Source of the DNA: Chloroflexota bacterium
Lineage (GTDB): Bacteria; Chloroflexota; Limnocylindria; P2-11E
NCBI GenBank assembly: GCA_016194865.1
Contig: JACQAT010000001.1
Coordinates: forward strand, 81,657-145,656
DNA: 64,000 nucleotides
Reading direction: 5' to 3'
How positions within the stretch are numbered: the first letter of the stretch is position 1; each line of letters opens with the position of its first letter. This document shows positions 63,991 to 64,000 of the stretch, in pieces. The position numbers and the translations under genes were made by a program. The notes under the pieces were generated by a model. That model was given only the letters and a program-made list of their open reading frames with translations. It did not search any database and was not told the DNA's origin.

Positions 63991-64000
63991 GAACGCATCC

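Noticed and set aside
1-64000. tRNA, rRNA, tmRNA and CRISPR arrays
   Set aside because: No cloverleaf-compatible sequence or repeat-spacer array could be recognised by eye in any intergenic gap; none is reported.

Overview
Very GC-rich sequence (about 70% by eye, not computed), densely coding, with frequent 4-nt start/stop overlaps (ATGA/GTGA), GTG starts and at least one leaderless promoter. This is typical of an actinobacterial-type chromosome; it may be Thermoleophilia- or Rubrobacter-like, which is inference only. Because the genome is high-GC, the six-frame track contains many long Arg/Pro/Ala-rich mirror-frame ORFs; I treated these as artefacts wherever they overlap genes with clear family signatures in another frame or strand.

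Gene content, start to end:
- A secreted T/G/S-rich protein running off the 5' end.
- A TetR regulator flanked by two copies of a 16-bp palindrome.
- A peptide/nickel-type ABC importer operon: two family-5 substrate-binding proteins, two permeases, an embedded M20 peptidase, and no ATPase genes.
- A block where reductive-pyrimidine-catabolism enzymes (dihydropyrimidinase, beta-ureidopropionase, class-III aminotransferase) are interleaved with F420 machinery (Fgd, CofE, four luciferase-like F420-dependent oxidoreductases, a PPOX-class F420 enzyme). No dihydropyrimidine dehydrogenase gene is present. I think this is the most interesting candidate novel system: possibly an F420H2-dependent route for pyrimidine/hydantoin reduction.
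- An IS481-family insertion sequence (1230 bp, perfect 28-bp inverted repeats, 6-bp TCTACG duplication) inserted in frame into a DUF2330-like secreted-protein gene.
- A cluster of secreted and membrane proteins, including an MBL-fold hydrolase fused to a (PT)n linker and a lamin-tail domain, and a BNR/sialidase-like protein.
- A zinc-ribbon protein with a Gly/Met-rich linker, flanked by a strong bidirectional terminator.
- A response-regulator/histidine-kinase pair followed by two GNAT acetyltransferase genes.
- A GntR-controlled cell-wall recycling operon (GH3 NagZ-like, serine hydrolase, and an apparent in-frame AnmK-MurQ fusion).
- A carboxymuconolactone-decarboxylase/AhpD-family gene with an in-frame TGA exactly at the second Cys of its CxxCxxxH motif. 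This is a selenocysteine candidate, or else a pseudogene or sequencing error.
- A Mo-cofactor oxidoreductase, an ABC exporter, a fatty-acid activation/beta-oxidation trio, NAPRTase, an SDR and UppP.

No rRNA, tRNA or CRISPR arrays were seen by eye.
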